The translations under genes and the position numbers were made by a program. A model generated the notes under the pieces. It was not told where the DNA came from. It ran no database searches and saw only the letters and a list, made by a program, of their open reading frames with translations. A stretch of 64,000 nucleotides of DNA. It comes from Eledone cirrhosa (Eukaryota). Where the stretch lies: positions 73,930 through 137,929 of the forward strand of contig CAXHJY010000384.1 in the NCBI GenBank assembly GCA_964016885.1. The letters are read 5' to 3'. Positions 12,596 through 25,085 of this stretch are shown piece after piece; position 1 is the first letter of the stretch; the number at the start of each line of letters is the position of its first letter.

Positions 12596-13716
12596 GTGTA
12601 ACATTAAAGGAATATATTGGAACCTGGCCTTCTGTTTTCAGTGTGTGTATGTGTGTGTGTGTAATTTAAAATATAATAGTATCTTTGTATTGTAAATGGC
12701 TATCATAGTGTATATACACAACAAAATGACAAAAGTGAATATAATATTATCCTTGCACTTTAGTTGGCTATCATGAAGCAACTGTTTCAATTTTGACATA
12801 TGATTCCATATTAAATCACAAGCCAAACTTGTTCATTTCCAAAATAATTATGATTTTGATCATAAAAAAATTACACTCTTTAAAGGATTATAGTGAAATA
12901 AGTATGAAAGTTTTAACAGAAATTTGACACAGGGTTATAAATATAGTTTACCAAACAATTACTAGTAACACACCACTTTAATTTTCTTTGGCAAAAAATA
13001 AGGCCAGAATTTATGGGCATAGAAATTAGTCTTCTTTAATATCACTGGTTTGTTATTTACCAGAAAACAATTGTGATAGCATGTAACATCTCTATCCAAC
13101 ATAACTGTCTCTGTGATTACTTGATATGCTAGAAATATCAACTAAATCGCCTTCGATTCACACCCTCATCATCACCATTTTACATCCATTCTCCCATGCT
13201 AGCATGGGTTAGACGAGTTGTCCTGTTGAGGGCAATGCCAGGTCAGGTGACCATGTCTTGCTCATACAGAACTGATTTTGGCCTTGATTTCTACAGCTGC
13301 ATGCACTTCCTAACACCAACCTCATTTACAGTGAGTACTGGGTGCTTTTTACTGTGGCGCCTACACAACCACTTTACAGGGTGGACTGGATGCTTTTTTG
13401 TCATGACACCTACACCCTAACCATCTAAAGTAAGCCAGAAACAGCCCTATATGAGCAACACATGGTCAGCCGACCCAACTTGCCTCTAATGGGACAAACC
13501 CGTCTAACCCATGCTCGCATGGAAAATGGACGTTAAATGATGATGATGATACATCAGAGAGTATAAAAGGCATAAAAGGCATATTTAGACAACAGTAATC
13601 AGTGAAGGCGTGTAGCCTAATAGTTTGAGTGTTAACTCATGATCATATGGTTGTGGAATTCATTTATAGACTGGATAGCACATTGTTTTTTGAGCAAAAC
13701 ACTCCATTTCATGTTA

Positions 13717-14213
13717 GGAAACCTCTTATAAGATGCAATCTTTTAGAAGGCCAGTTAAACCTTCAGAGGTGTGAGCTGCAACAAAATGATAAGACTTTGT
13801 CTTCTATCGTTAAAACACCTAAGAAACCTCCTATAAGATGCAACCTTGTAGGTGACCAGCTAAACTTACATAGGTGTGAGCTCTAACAACAATGATAGGA
13901 CTGGGTCCTCTATCGTTAAAACACCTGAGAAACCTTCTGTAAGACCCAACCTTGGATGAAGCCAGCTAAGACACATAGGTGTCAGCTGAAACAACAACAT
14001 GATAGGATCGGGACCCCTATTGTAAAAACACCTGAGAAACCTCCTATAGAATGCAACCTTGTATGAAACTAGCTAAACTTGCATAGGTGTGAGCTGTAAC
14101 AACAAAATAATAGGATAGGGACCCCTATTGTGAAAACATCCAAGAAACTTATAAGATACAACCATGAGAAGATCAGCTAAACCTATATAGGTGTGAGCTC
14201 GCTCCAACAACAA
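13717..14213. repeat. Diverged tandem repeat, ~105-108-bp unit, ~4.7 copies
   Basis: GAAAC(C)T..ATAAGATGCAACC..CAGCTAAAC..AGGTGTGAGCT..ATAGGA..CTAT..AAAACACCT recurs near 13718, 13823, 13929, 14036 and 14144. Confidence 0.9.
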
Positions 14214-15092
14214 CAGTAAATGTTAGAGAGACAGTTTGTTATCATCTAACTTTAGTATTGATTGAGAAAACTACAACAAAACCTATTTTGTCTCAATGAA
14301 AGTATTATTGTTATTTACTAAAAGAAATACTTCTTGTCCTTTGAAGGTCAGACAGTATAATAAAAATACAGTAATTCTACTGCAATCAGTACAAGCTTTT
14401 ATAAAAAAAAGATATTTTTTTCACAAGGCCATGGACATAAAGCATCACACACAACCACACATCTGATAATAGTTTCAAGAATGTTCCATTGATCACTCTC
14501 CCCTCCAACTCCACTTCAATTCAAGAGTTCTAAAATGATAAAAGCAGTATAGTTGCTAACAATTCTATTATTCTGTAGTTCTGTATACAACAATGAAGAG
14601 TTTCATGTCTCCCATTAATTAGTTGCTGTATTTAGACCAAACTACAGCAAAAGAAATCATAAAGCCAGTAGCAATGAATACTTTTTTATAAAATGAAAAC
14701 AAAAAAAAGCTTTCTTTACTATCATCATTATTGTCTCTATGAACAGATGCAGCCAAGAAGAATGTGAAAACTGGGAAGTTAAAACTAGATTAGTTGAGAA
14801 ATAAAGTTATTTGTGCTACAAATCCGTTGAACCTGCAACAAAGTGGGGGAAAATATGGCTACAAATTTTGTTTCCATTTTTTTTAATTGAGAAGAGGGTC
14901 TTATATAAGGAGAACATTATGTGGACATATGGTTAGGATCTTAGCAAACAAGATGAAAGAATTAAAGGTCAAGACAGATCAAACAGAGCTGTATTGTTGA
15001 CATAAATAACTGGAGCATAAATGCTATTAAATTCTAGAAATCTCCCACTCTAGATATCTTCTGTTAGGTATTTTTAGTCATAATAATAATAA

Positions 15093-15237
15093 TAATAGTT
15101 TCTACTTTTGGTACAAGGCCAGCAATTACCCAGTACATTACTGGTACTTTATTTTTATCAACCCCGTAAGGATGAAAGGCAAAGTTAACCTCGGTGGGAT
15201 TTGAACTCAGACCGTAAAGAGACGTAACTATGCTGGA
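15093..15237 (-). mobile_element. Meta-like tRNA SINE
   Basis: Near-identical to the 7603-7753 copy, with a (TAA)n flank. Confidence 0.85.
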
Positions 15238-15954
15238 TAATGTCTTAGTAATAGCAGCAGCAGTAATAGTTACAATAGTAATTAATAAACTACCTCAATT
15301 AGATTTTCTTCAATTTTCTTATATCTGGCACCAACATCATTAACCAAGACCAAACTCAGATATAAATATTATAGTCAGACAATCAACCAACGTTTGTACA
15401 TGTATGACCTCAAGTTTTGAAGTTGCAAATGATAGATAACTAAAAATACTACTACAGTATGTTGCAAATGATAGATAACTAAAAATACTACTACAGACAG
15501 AACATAGATTTAACAAAGAAATTCACTAGATTTGGATCAGAAAAATATGCAAGGCAACTTTGAAGAGAGGAAAATTAAAAACACTACAAAATGGTTCTGA
15601 AAGATGGGCATTTAATCTGATCATCGAGCAGATGCAGCTGTGATCCATCATCTAAAATTAGGGCTGAAACTAGTCACTCTGAAGACAGTTGTCAAACAGC
15701 AACGGTCAACCCTATCAAAAGCTTTTGGTTGATCTAAATTTATCAAGGTCACATAGAAGCCTGCTTAACAACCCTCTTTATGATGTATTGCCCGAGTTGG
15801 ATGCTATTGTGGATAGAGTTATTTGGAATCACATAGATTTACACTTCTCTAAGCAAACTACTGACAACATGCATCAACCTCCTTACAATCACCTTGACTG
15901 AAATCTTAAATCCTAAATTCAGCTTTCTGTTGTTATTTGTTTCAATACTGTTAT

Positions 15955-16055
15955 TGCACTTGCTGTTTCATTACCATACATCGTTGTACTTAATACACAA
16001 ACATTATAAAATCTGCCCTTCACTGAGAGAGAGAACCCCTTTGTTATCAGCACAG
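15955..16055 (-). mobile_element. Small RTE ORF2 fragment
   Basis: LITKGFSLSVKGRFYNVCVLSTTMYGNET aligns with [29 protein letters not shown] of the RTE at 53406. Confidence 0.75.
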
Positions 16056-19000
16056 TATGTATAAAATCATAAAATAAAAAAAAAATTATGTAATATATAC
16101 ATACATTGTGTGTGTAAACAAATGTCAATTGAATTCTCTTTAGTTTTTCCTTTTAAATCTTATTAAAAGCGACAACAAAAGAACCACCCTGATATGTCAA
16201 AATTAAAGTCCAAACAAACCAATCACAAGGAATCAATTTAAACAGACATTCAGGTTTTCATTTATCATCAGTTGTGTTTGTCACACTGGTTTACATTTAC
16301 AACGGCAAAGTGCAAGGTGTTTATATGAAAGTAGATGCCGAAGTAGGTGATCATGGAAATAGTTTTCAACAGTCCTTTTACTCTTATCTAAGTCCAGCAG
16401 TCATTCTTTGCAGTAAATATTTACAATAGAAGCTTACAATCACAGTACACATTCAGTTGGCTTATTTGCACAAAACAGACTGGTGGTTCCTTGTTCAACT
16501 AAACGTTTCACAACAAAATTTCACATTGGTTAATTGGAACATATGAGCTATTTGGGGTTTGGGGTTGATTTAGTTTGTTGTTTTGTTTTTTTAATAAATG
16601 TCAAAAAATGAATCTAATGCTAACAGATTTTATAGAAAATCTGGAAAAGTATATAACTAGTCTTCTGACAACTGTTATAAAAAGAACCCATGTGTTATAT
16701 TGATTTCCTTGGAGAATAATATTGATTTCCTTCTTCCCACCAGTCTCAGAGGCCCTGAAAAGAGTCATGAGTATTGTTCTTCCTTCGCTAATCTACATAT
16801 TCTGCCATTCACAATAACTGTAAAAGCTTTCTTTGTCATGGTATGTATCCAAATGTTATGTTTTTGAAGGGAAATAACCTTGTCTTGATTGTTATTCTTA
16901 TCTGTTGCAATCAGCGAAGTGAATACTAAGAGTCAAAGAACCAAGACAAATATTGCAAATACTTCTAAAGCCTCTACTAATTTACCATTAAGATCTTTGG
17001 TGTTATGCAATAATACAGAAGACCCACCTTTCTATGTTAAAGCATACATCTAGTATGCACCACCCCTCTCCCTTCCATACACCTCCCACACCCTAACACT
17101 CCATCCAGGTACTTACACACTTACACCCACCACTCCAGTGCCCAGTCCACACTGTAAAGTGATCATTTTGGTTTCACAACAAAAACGACCAGTTCATACT
17201 GTAAAGTGGTTGTTTTGGTGCCATGTCAAAAAGTGCCAGCCCACACTGTAAATGTGGTTGGCATTAAGAAGGGCATCCAGCTGTAGAAACCAAGCCAGAA
17301 ACACTTGTGTATGAACAAGACACAGTCACCTGATCTGACTTGTCTCACAACAGGAGAACTGATCTAACTCATGCTAGTGTGGAAGAATAGATGTTAAATG
17401 GTGATGATGATAGTGGGGAGAGGAGAGATGACAGTAGTTAGTGAACTTATTCATTCCAGGTTTATGAGATGTTTGTCTACTCAACAAGCTAGCAGACATC
17501 CAGCATTAACTTAGCAGAACCCCATGGAGTATGTGAACCACAGGTCATCAACCATTGATCTACATTGTGTAATTTGGCTACAACCATCAACAACCATCTT
17601 TTTTTTCCATAAAACTTGGGATGGGTAGCTTTACCATATTTTGTATCATTTCTCAAAATACTAAATTTTCACCTTTTTTCCAAAGGAACTCATTGCTTGC
17701 CAATACCTTTATACTCAACCACTAGCCTATAAGAATTCAAACAGAATATTAACCATATTTTTAAAAAAAGGAGGTTTGTCAGATCGAATCAAGGAAACTT
17801 TGTTTCAATTGGTTTTATCATTACTGACACTATTTGCTTAGCACAATTCCTGGGAGAAGAATTTCTTCTTTCTGGTGACAGCAGATGGGATTTGAAGTCA
17901 AAACTCACTGAACCAGAACAAAAACCACAAAGCAACTCATCTGACTAACAATCTACCCTTTAAAAAAAATGAAAGGCAATGTTGACCTCAGCAGGATTTG
18001 AACTCAGAGTGCAGAATAAATACTAAGACATTTAATTTGATGCTCTAATTACAATACCAATTTTCTGCCTATATGCTAACTATATTAATCCAACAACTAC
18101 ATCCCTATTTGTCAATGGCCTAGGGAGGGTATGGCATTGCCTCATTTTTGAACACGTGCAAAACAAAAAATAAAGAAAATAATCTTTGCTAAAAGACTAT
18201 TAAAATATATTTTGTGACCTTTTGAATTATGCCTGTGATGAATATTTTCTATACTAAACATGTCTTCAGGCCCAACTATGACTGAATATCTTAGATGTTG
18301 GGATCCTCAAGAGATAAATTTCCTAAACCTGAAAGACATCAGTGAGAACTGATTTGAACTGAAAATATTAATTCTGTTTTCAGTAGGGTTAAAGCTAATA
18401 GGAAACCAGAGAACAGTTATCTAAAGATCTCTAACACTTTAGTGGGGGAGGGGGAGATAATTTAAACTCAACAACTCCATGTGGATGATTAAGATGTATA
18501 AAGTTTATTAGGACAAAATTTATCAACTCCATAGCAGAGATATAATTTTGGTATACAGAGCAGGCAGTGTTGAGAGATTATAAATGTATGATTGCTGTAC
18601 AGCTGTTTTATTTCTTCAAATAAACAGCAGAGAGGAGCATCAGCTTATAATTTTAAACATTTCACTCAAAGGATAGACCAAGTTTGTTTTCCCTATCCCT
18701 GATTTAAAGCATAAAACTATTATGAAACAAATATTATTGTAAGCTTTTCAGCACTATTTACATTTTTGACTATCCAACCCCAACATCCTTCTCAATTTAA
18801 ACCTCTGATGACTTTACCCACAATATATAAATATACACACATACATACTAATTATCATCATCACTACTGCCATTTTATATATAATGATGTATATATAATC
18901 AGAGAGAGACCCGACGTGTAATAATGCAATAGGCATCTGTCAATAATAAAACTTACCAGATAAACATCAGCACTATCTAATTTAGTAGACTCTCATGCCC

Positions 19001-19402
19001 TTTGTAAAACATCAGAGAGAGAGAGATTTCTTCATGATCTTGACAAACAGAATAGTGAATATGCTACCTTAGAGGATAGTGATGGAGAGATAGTCAACTC
19101 ACAGGGCTTATTCTAGCAAATGGTCATCTTTATTCCAAGCATAGTAAATAGGGAGGTAGTTCAGAGATGCAAGACACCATCTGTTTCCCCTATTGGGAGA
19201 GCAAGCAGCTAGTACTTAGTCAGCTGGTGATATTGCGCATCACATGCCACGAAACCTGAACCTGATTCTGAATTCACCAGGTTGTTGCTGGAGAAAGTAT
19301 ATGGACAGATTTTTACTGTGAGAATGACAAGCTATATAACAAGATGAGAGTGACAAAAAACATTAAAAAATAATAATAATAAAAATAATAATAATAATAA
19401 TT

Positions 19403-19804
19403 AGACCTGACCTGGTGGTTTTGGACAAAGAAAAAAGATTGTGCCTGATTGTGGATGTGGCCTGCCCATTCGACACGAGAGTGCAAGAGAAGGAGAGGGA
19501 GAAAATTAACCAATACCAGGACTTAAAGTGGGAGGTAAAAAAGGATTTGGAACTGCCATGAAGTCAAAGTGATCCCGATTGTCATAGGCGCACTAGGGAC
19601 TATCTCAAAAAGTTTCCAGGGATGGTTAAAGAAAATTGGCCCCTTCACGCTTTTTGGAACGCTTCAAAAGGCATGCTTGCTGGAAACAGCAAGAACCCTC
19701 CGATACGTCCTGAATATCTGAGGCTGCAGGTAGTGGCTTGATATTCATTTCAACAAACTTTCCAGTTAACTAACACCAATGACCGAGACTCAAAGAGGAA
19801 TAAC

Positions 19805-19840
<36 letters not shown>
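19403..19840 (+). mobile_element. R4/Dong-clade non-LTR retrotransposon, 3' end (restriction-like endonuclease) with (TAA)n tail
   Basis: RPDLVVLDKEKRLCLIVDVACPFD..EREKINQYQDLKWEV/RIWN..VIPIVIGALGTI..LQKACLLETARTLRYVLNI* (one frameshift, stop 19719-19721). TAA repeats on both sides. Confidence 0.9.
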
Positions 19841-20509
19841 CCAGCTTGCTGAATAATCTTACATCCAAAATAAGAAATAGTGTCTAGAGGTTAAATAGAG
19901 AACATACAAATAAACAAGACAATAAAAGCAAATAAGTGGAGTTCAAATTCTATTTGAGGATAAATCTCACTTATCCATTAAGTGGCAATTAGTGAAGTGT
20001 AGTAGAAAACACTCTTATAGAATCAATAACTGAAAACTTAAAACTCCAGTATGAAGATTAAAAGGATTCTAACATTACAGTAGTAAAACATCAGCAATAA
20101 TTCTTAGATTCAATAACAATAAAAATAGTTAAAGTATAAATTAACAATGCAGAAAAAAAAACGTCATTTATATAGAAAGTGATTCTGCAATTACTTGTAC
20201 ATCGGTGGACACAGCATGTCCAAATGGTTAAAGACATTTGCTTCGCAATTATTAGGTCCAGGGTTTGGTCTCACTGTATGATATCTTTTACTATAGCTTT
20301 GAGTCAAACCATGATTTGTGAGAGAAACTAAGTAGATGAACTGTAGTTGTAGTGCCAACCCTATCGCACATGAAACGTTAATTTCATGAGCTGGTTGTTC
20401 TGTTGATCAAACAACTGGAACACTCATCGTTGAATCTGACAGAGCAACAGGAGTCCATTCCACCAGTTCAACATAGTTGCCAATCAGTGACAACTGAATA
20501 ACTAAATTA

Positions 20510-20510
<1 letters not shown>

Positions 20511-20598
<88 letters not shown>

Positions 20599-20617
20599 AT
20601 ATATATATATATATATA
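20511..20617. repeat. (GT)n followed by (TA)n microsatellite
   Basis: Direct reading. Confidence 0.95.
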
Positions 20618-21147
20618 ACGAAGGAAATGTGGTAAGGAACCAGGTGGACCATAACGCACCAAAGTACTCAATACTTAGGGTAGTAGAGTGGGTAATAGGA
20701 ACGAGTAGGAACCCGACGGCTGAGCTCAAGCCGTTTCGACGGCTAATTTTGGACTAAATGAAAATTTTTATCCTGGTATATGAAAGGCCAAGCTTCTCAG
20801 GGGGTAATTCCATATATGGTAAAAGTGATTGTCACAAGGATTGGTCAAAAGTTTGTTGTTGAGACAATAATTTTATCATGGCAATTTGTGGAGGGAGGGG
20901 GTAGCTGAACCTGCCAGTAGAAGAAAGAGGGAGAGGGGGTGGAGGAAACCCAGTCGTGCGTTGATAGTGCCAACTACAGCTGGGCAGGAGGTCAAAGAAG
21001 ATACTAGGGAGGGGGAGGAAGTCGAAACAATAAGTAAAACAATATGGGGTAAATATATAGAAAAATATCGAGTGTTTCTCGATATTTTTCTATATATTTA
21101 CCCCATATTGTTTTACTTATTGTTTCGAATTCCTCCCCCTCCTCCTC

Positions 21148-21150
<3 letters not shown>
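20618..21150 (-). mobile_element. Probable Penelope-like terminal repeat remnant with hammerhead motif and terminal palindrome
   Basis: TA-flanked and homologous to 46776-46933 in the opposite orientation. Minus strand reads CCC-CTGAGAA...GCCGTC-GAAA-CGGC(ttgagctca)GCCG-TC-GGGT at 20805-20711. Confidence 0.55.
21008..21142. repeat. Palindrome with perfect 51-bp arms and 5-nt loop
   Basis: 21022-21072 is the exact reverse complement of 21078-21128 and extends a further 13 bp past one mismatch. Confidence 0.95.
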
Positions 21151-21188
<38 letters not shown>

Positions 21189-21324
21189 TTATTAAAATAA
21201 CAGATTAAAGTTTAAGTAAAGAATCGCTGCTTTCACTCTTAATGGGATCTTCTGAAACTAACAAAGTCAATCTGTGAACGCAGAAGTGAATATTTCAAAA
21301 AACGTTGCAACCGGAGGAAGACAG

Positions 21325-21610
21325 GAAGACGATTCTTTGGTTCGTGGAAACGTTCCCTGGCAAAGAACGGGAAAAACCGAATATAATACGTCATTATTTG
21401 GAGCGGTGAAAAACAATTACACGCAAAGACAAAACCACGTTTATGGTATAAAAGAAGTCGTAGACTAATATTCTATTAGGTGGTTCATAGAGACGTTCTC
21501 TGGCTATGAACGGAAAAAACGAAGATAATACGTTATATGTGGAGCGTAGAGAACAATTGCACGCAAAGACAAAACCACGTAAATGGTATAACACAAGTCG
21601 TAGACTAAAA
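21325..21610. repeat. Diverged tandem duplication, ~140-bp unit
   Basis: CACGCAAAGACAAAACCACGT..ATGGTATAA..AAGTCGTAGACTAA occurs at ~21420 and ~21560. Confidence 0.85.
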
Positions 21611-22214
21611 TTCTAACTAGGAAACCGAATGATTCTCGGCTTCAGAGTTAAGAATAAAGTAAATAAAATGCAGAGGTAATTGAAATTAAATAAATACATA
21701 CACGCATCTATATACGTACATACACAAGCATACGCGAAAATACTCGCCATGGGTATACAAATACACGCACATATATATATGTGTGTGTGTGTATACAAAT
21801 AATTAAATAAACGTATATAAATAAATAAATACGTATATAACAAGCGCGCACACATACCTACATGTAAATACACATATGTTCGGAGACGAACGTCGACCAA
21901 AACACGAAGTACACATATACACACACCCTACATACGTACGAACCCGCATACTCACACAAACGCAAAACTCACGTATACACATAACCAAAAGCATATGTAC
22001 CAGAATATATAAAATATACGCCATAACATATACAATCAAATATACGTACGAGAAAGTATACGTACCTTCACAAAACATACAGGTAATATATACTTACCTA
22101 TACAAATAAATAATGGTATAAACATAACATATACCTAGCTACCACATCAAGACGTAAAATATCCGCGTATAGTTCATACTATCCGTTAGGGTATAATGTG
22201 GGGCTGTAATACAG

Positions 22215-22592
22215 GAAAATTTTGTGCAATTTATGTTTACAAGCCGAAATTGCCTCAGATTTTTTGTTTAAGATGTGGTCTTTGGCGTAGAGTATTTCCA
22301 GGGACTCAGCGGCGCAGAGGTCACATGGTCTTATTTCCGTTATACGATCTAGCCCTAGCTAGGATTAACTTATATTGGGTGTGGTTATCTTTTAGACTCC
22401 AGATATAAGCTGAAAGTGACGTCATATTCCTTCTTAAAGGGTAACGAAAAGAATGGGTATGCATGTAAAGACGCTGCTTGAATCTATTGGCGGTTAACTC
22501 TATGTAGGCCCTGCGGGACGTGGGTGTTTCAACCTTACATTTGTAGACAATGTTACTAGAGAGGCATTTCTCGGATAGGGGGCAGTCATCAA
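22215..22592 (-). mobile_element. Penelope-like element GIY-YIG endonuclease fragment
   Basis: CPLSEKCLSSNIVYKCKV..AYIELTANRFKQRLYMHTHSF..TSLSAYIWSLK..LNKKSEAISACKH. Confidence 0.88.
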
Positions 22593-24362
22593 ATTTATTA
22601 TTACTATATATATATATATGAGAGAGGGGGGAAGAGAGAGAGAGAGAGAACTGCATCTCTTGTTGATAATCTAATCTGATAGTCTGTAGGATTCTTACCT
22701 ATAAAAATTTAATTTTAAAGTAGCAAGAAACCCTAATAAAAAAAACAAAACATGGTAAGTGCAACCCTGAAAAGTAGCATAGTCCACACGATATGTAACC
22801 CAGTTAGGCCACCCTGCCGGTAAGTGCACAATAGTAAGAATTTGTTGCTAAAACTATTGAGAAGTATGTGTGTGTGTAGCAGCTCTTATTTTTCATTTAC
22901 ATACACTGGTAGTACATAAGCACACAAGAGAGGAGTGAGGACGAGGGAAATGATAAACTAAGTTCAGCAATTAATCTCTAAAGATAACAAACAGGTAAAA
23001 AACAAAAGCAAAAAAGAACCAAGAAAAAAACACTATCTCACCAACTCTGATTTGCTGTCCTATAAAGGTGTCTGTCTGCATGTGTTTGGTTGTTTTGTCA
23101 ATAGTAAAAATTTAGCATCTTGTTTCGTCCCATGTGAATTTTCTCTTGTCCTTCCCCTAACATAGTGGGCTGAATGCCAAAAGTAACGAGGAAGAGGAAA
23201 TGGGAAAGTAATAGAACACACATCTCATCCTGCTATCATTGAAGAACAGTTTACATAGCTAGCTAGTCCTTACCTACCCCTAACCAGCTGACAGAAGTCT
23301 CTCTTAACGATTCTAAAAACTGTTCCATTCAAAAGAAACTTAGCAAACTATAGAGTAAAAAAGAGTCAGTATTTATTATTATGGGAACCAGTGATGCATA
23401 CTATTACTGTATGACTTCATTAACAGTATGTCTTACTTCCTATCACATACAATTGTGTTAATACTGTTAAAGACAACCATAATAAATATAGATGTAGGAA
23501 AGACTAATGCAGAAAATATCTGGAATTACTGTTAGTTGCTATAAAATAGCTTATAAAAATCGGGTAAAAACCCTTATAGACGGATCGTTTTCCGAATGGG
23601 ATGGAAAAGAAACCACAGTTAAATAAAGTAGAGAAGAAGCAGATTTATATTAAAAAGAAATTACTTCTACAGGACCAGAGCTGTTTCATTCCACTTCTAG
23701 TGATTTCGTATGAATGAAGATATTTCTATATGAAATAAGTGTGTGTGGCGTGGTCTACCCTGACTTACAACACACACTTTTCTGAAATACTCGTGACCCG
23801 ACTAACAAAGTTATTTTAATGATGGTAGAATTAGTACTTGTTACGCACACAACCTCCATCACTTCACAAGGTTTGATTATAAACACACGGTGATGAATTG
23901 ACACAAACGTTAATCTCATACGAACGTTTTGAGTTCAAATCTCACCGAGATCAACTTTGCTTTTCATTCTTCCAAGGTCGATAAAATACAGTACCAGTCA
24001 AGTACTAGAGTTGTTACAATAGACTCTCCACCCAACAAAAAAAAATCTGGCCTTATTAACACTCACACACACTGCTAGTTATCTCTCTTACGCACACATT
24101 TTCACGCACCAGCTACAATTTTTTTCCCCGTTTTCGAGACAATTATTAAAAAAAGAATATTTTAGCAGCACCTGCTGCTAAAAACACATACGTAATAGAA
24201 AACAAAAATATGTCCATTCGCTAACACAATATAACCAAGTCGGTGCGCTCTATCCTGTCTCTGGATCATATAACTCGGTCGATGATTTGGCAAAATTATT
24301 TGAGCGTGATTATTTTGAAGCAAGGAATTTGATCAATGTTCATCACCACCATTACACACACA

Positions 24363-24628
24363 CAGAGTCAAGGAGGGAGCTGTCACTCAACATACTAGTC
24401 GCTCTCCGACAGGTTTGCAGCCGTACCCCTGGCAGTGGAGACCTCTGGTGTCCTCGGCCCCAGGGCTACTCCTTACTCACGACCATAGGCTCTGAGCTGG
24501 CCAGCCGCAGGTGTGAGCCCCGCGAGTTGGAGTGGCTTTTCCAGCGCGTCTCCCTTGCCGTCCTCCGGGGAAATGTCTTCTCCATTCTGTCCGCCGGGGC
24601 TGTGGGTGGGCCCCATCGCGTACCGTTG
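24363..24628 (+). mobile_element. CRE-clade retrotransposon 3' fragment
   Basis: PLAVETSGVLGP/..IGSELASRRCEPRELEWLFQRVSLAVLRGNVFSILSA; GC-rich. Confidence 0.85.
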
Positions 24629-24759
24629 TAGTTGTTGTATACAGAGAGAAACTAGTCCGGTAACTATCTTGCAGTACAAAAAGGGACAAAATTCGACAAG
24701 AAAATAAAAATGCCGCCAGCAACGCAGAATAGATAACAAAATTTAAGGCATTAACGTAC

Positions 24760-24823
24760 TAATCTTTATTGTGCCATTGAAACTTTCGGTGTGCTCGGCT
24801 ATGAATGGACTGACTGATGCCAT
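24760..24823 (-). CDS. Candidate first coding exon of an unidentified minus-strand gene (MASVSPFIAEHTESFNGTIKI, phase-1 intron)
   Basis: ATG at 24823, open frame, donor A|GTACGT. It lies just downstream of AAGATGGCG, and CpG-poor DNA extends toward lower coordinates. Confidence 0.4.
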
Positions 24824-24872
24824 GGATACCTATGGCATCGCTTTCGCCATCTTGTCCTCAGAGCGCAGCCGG
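24801..24872 (+). CDS. Candidate first exon on the plus strand (MNGLTDAMDTYGIAFAILSSERSR, or non-coding)
   Basis: 24 open codons end at a consensus donor CGG|GTGAGT, followed by T-rich sequence. Confidence 0.3.
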
Positions 24873-25085
24873 GTGAGTAGGATTCGTCCACCTCACTTTT
24901 AGTTTTATTTTTGTTTAATAAGTTCTAAATAAAAAAAGGTTCTATTTTTAGAACGTGTTGAGGAGGGACCATTTAAAGTTGAGGGAAAATATACATATAT
25001 ACACCGAATAGCCAGTCAAGGCATCATAATAGATAGAATGCCGTAAACACATGCGCTTAGACATTTAAACGTCACGCATGACTAA
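24830..25085. promoter_or_regulatory. Probable promoter/TSS region
   Basis: YY1-type CGCCATCTT (24845-24853), CATGCGC and ACGTCACGCATG motifs, locally GC- and CpG-rich non-repeat DNA, splice donors on both strands. Confidence 0.5.

Noticed and set aside
13810-13895. Twister-ribozyme-like pattern in one tandem unit
   Set aside because: The GU..CAAGC loop and pseudoknot pairings are not conserved in the other units.
16238-16280. Minus-strand CTGATGA-TAAAT-GAAA
   Set aside because: No credible stem II, and stems I and III are out of register.
24760-24823. Assigning the candidate exon to USP37 from a faint N-terminal resemblance
   Set aside because: Similarity is too weak and no supporting downstream exons were recognised.
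24830-24866. Minus-strand CTGAGGA..GAAA at the candidate promoter
   Set aside because: Stems I and II do not pair and the required U of the NUH triplet is missing.
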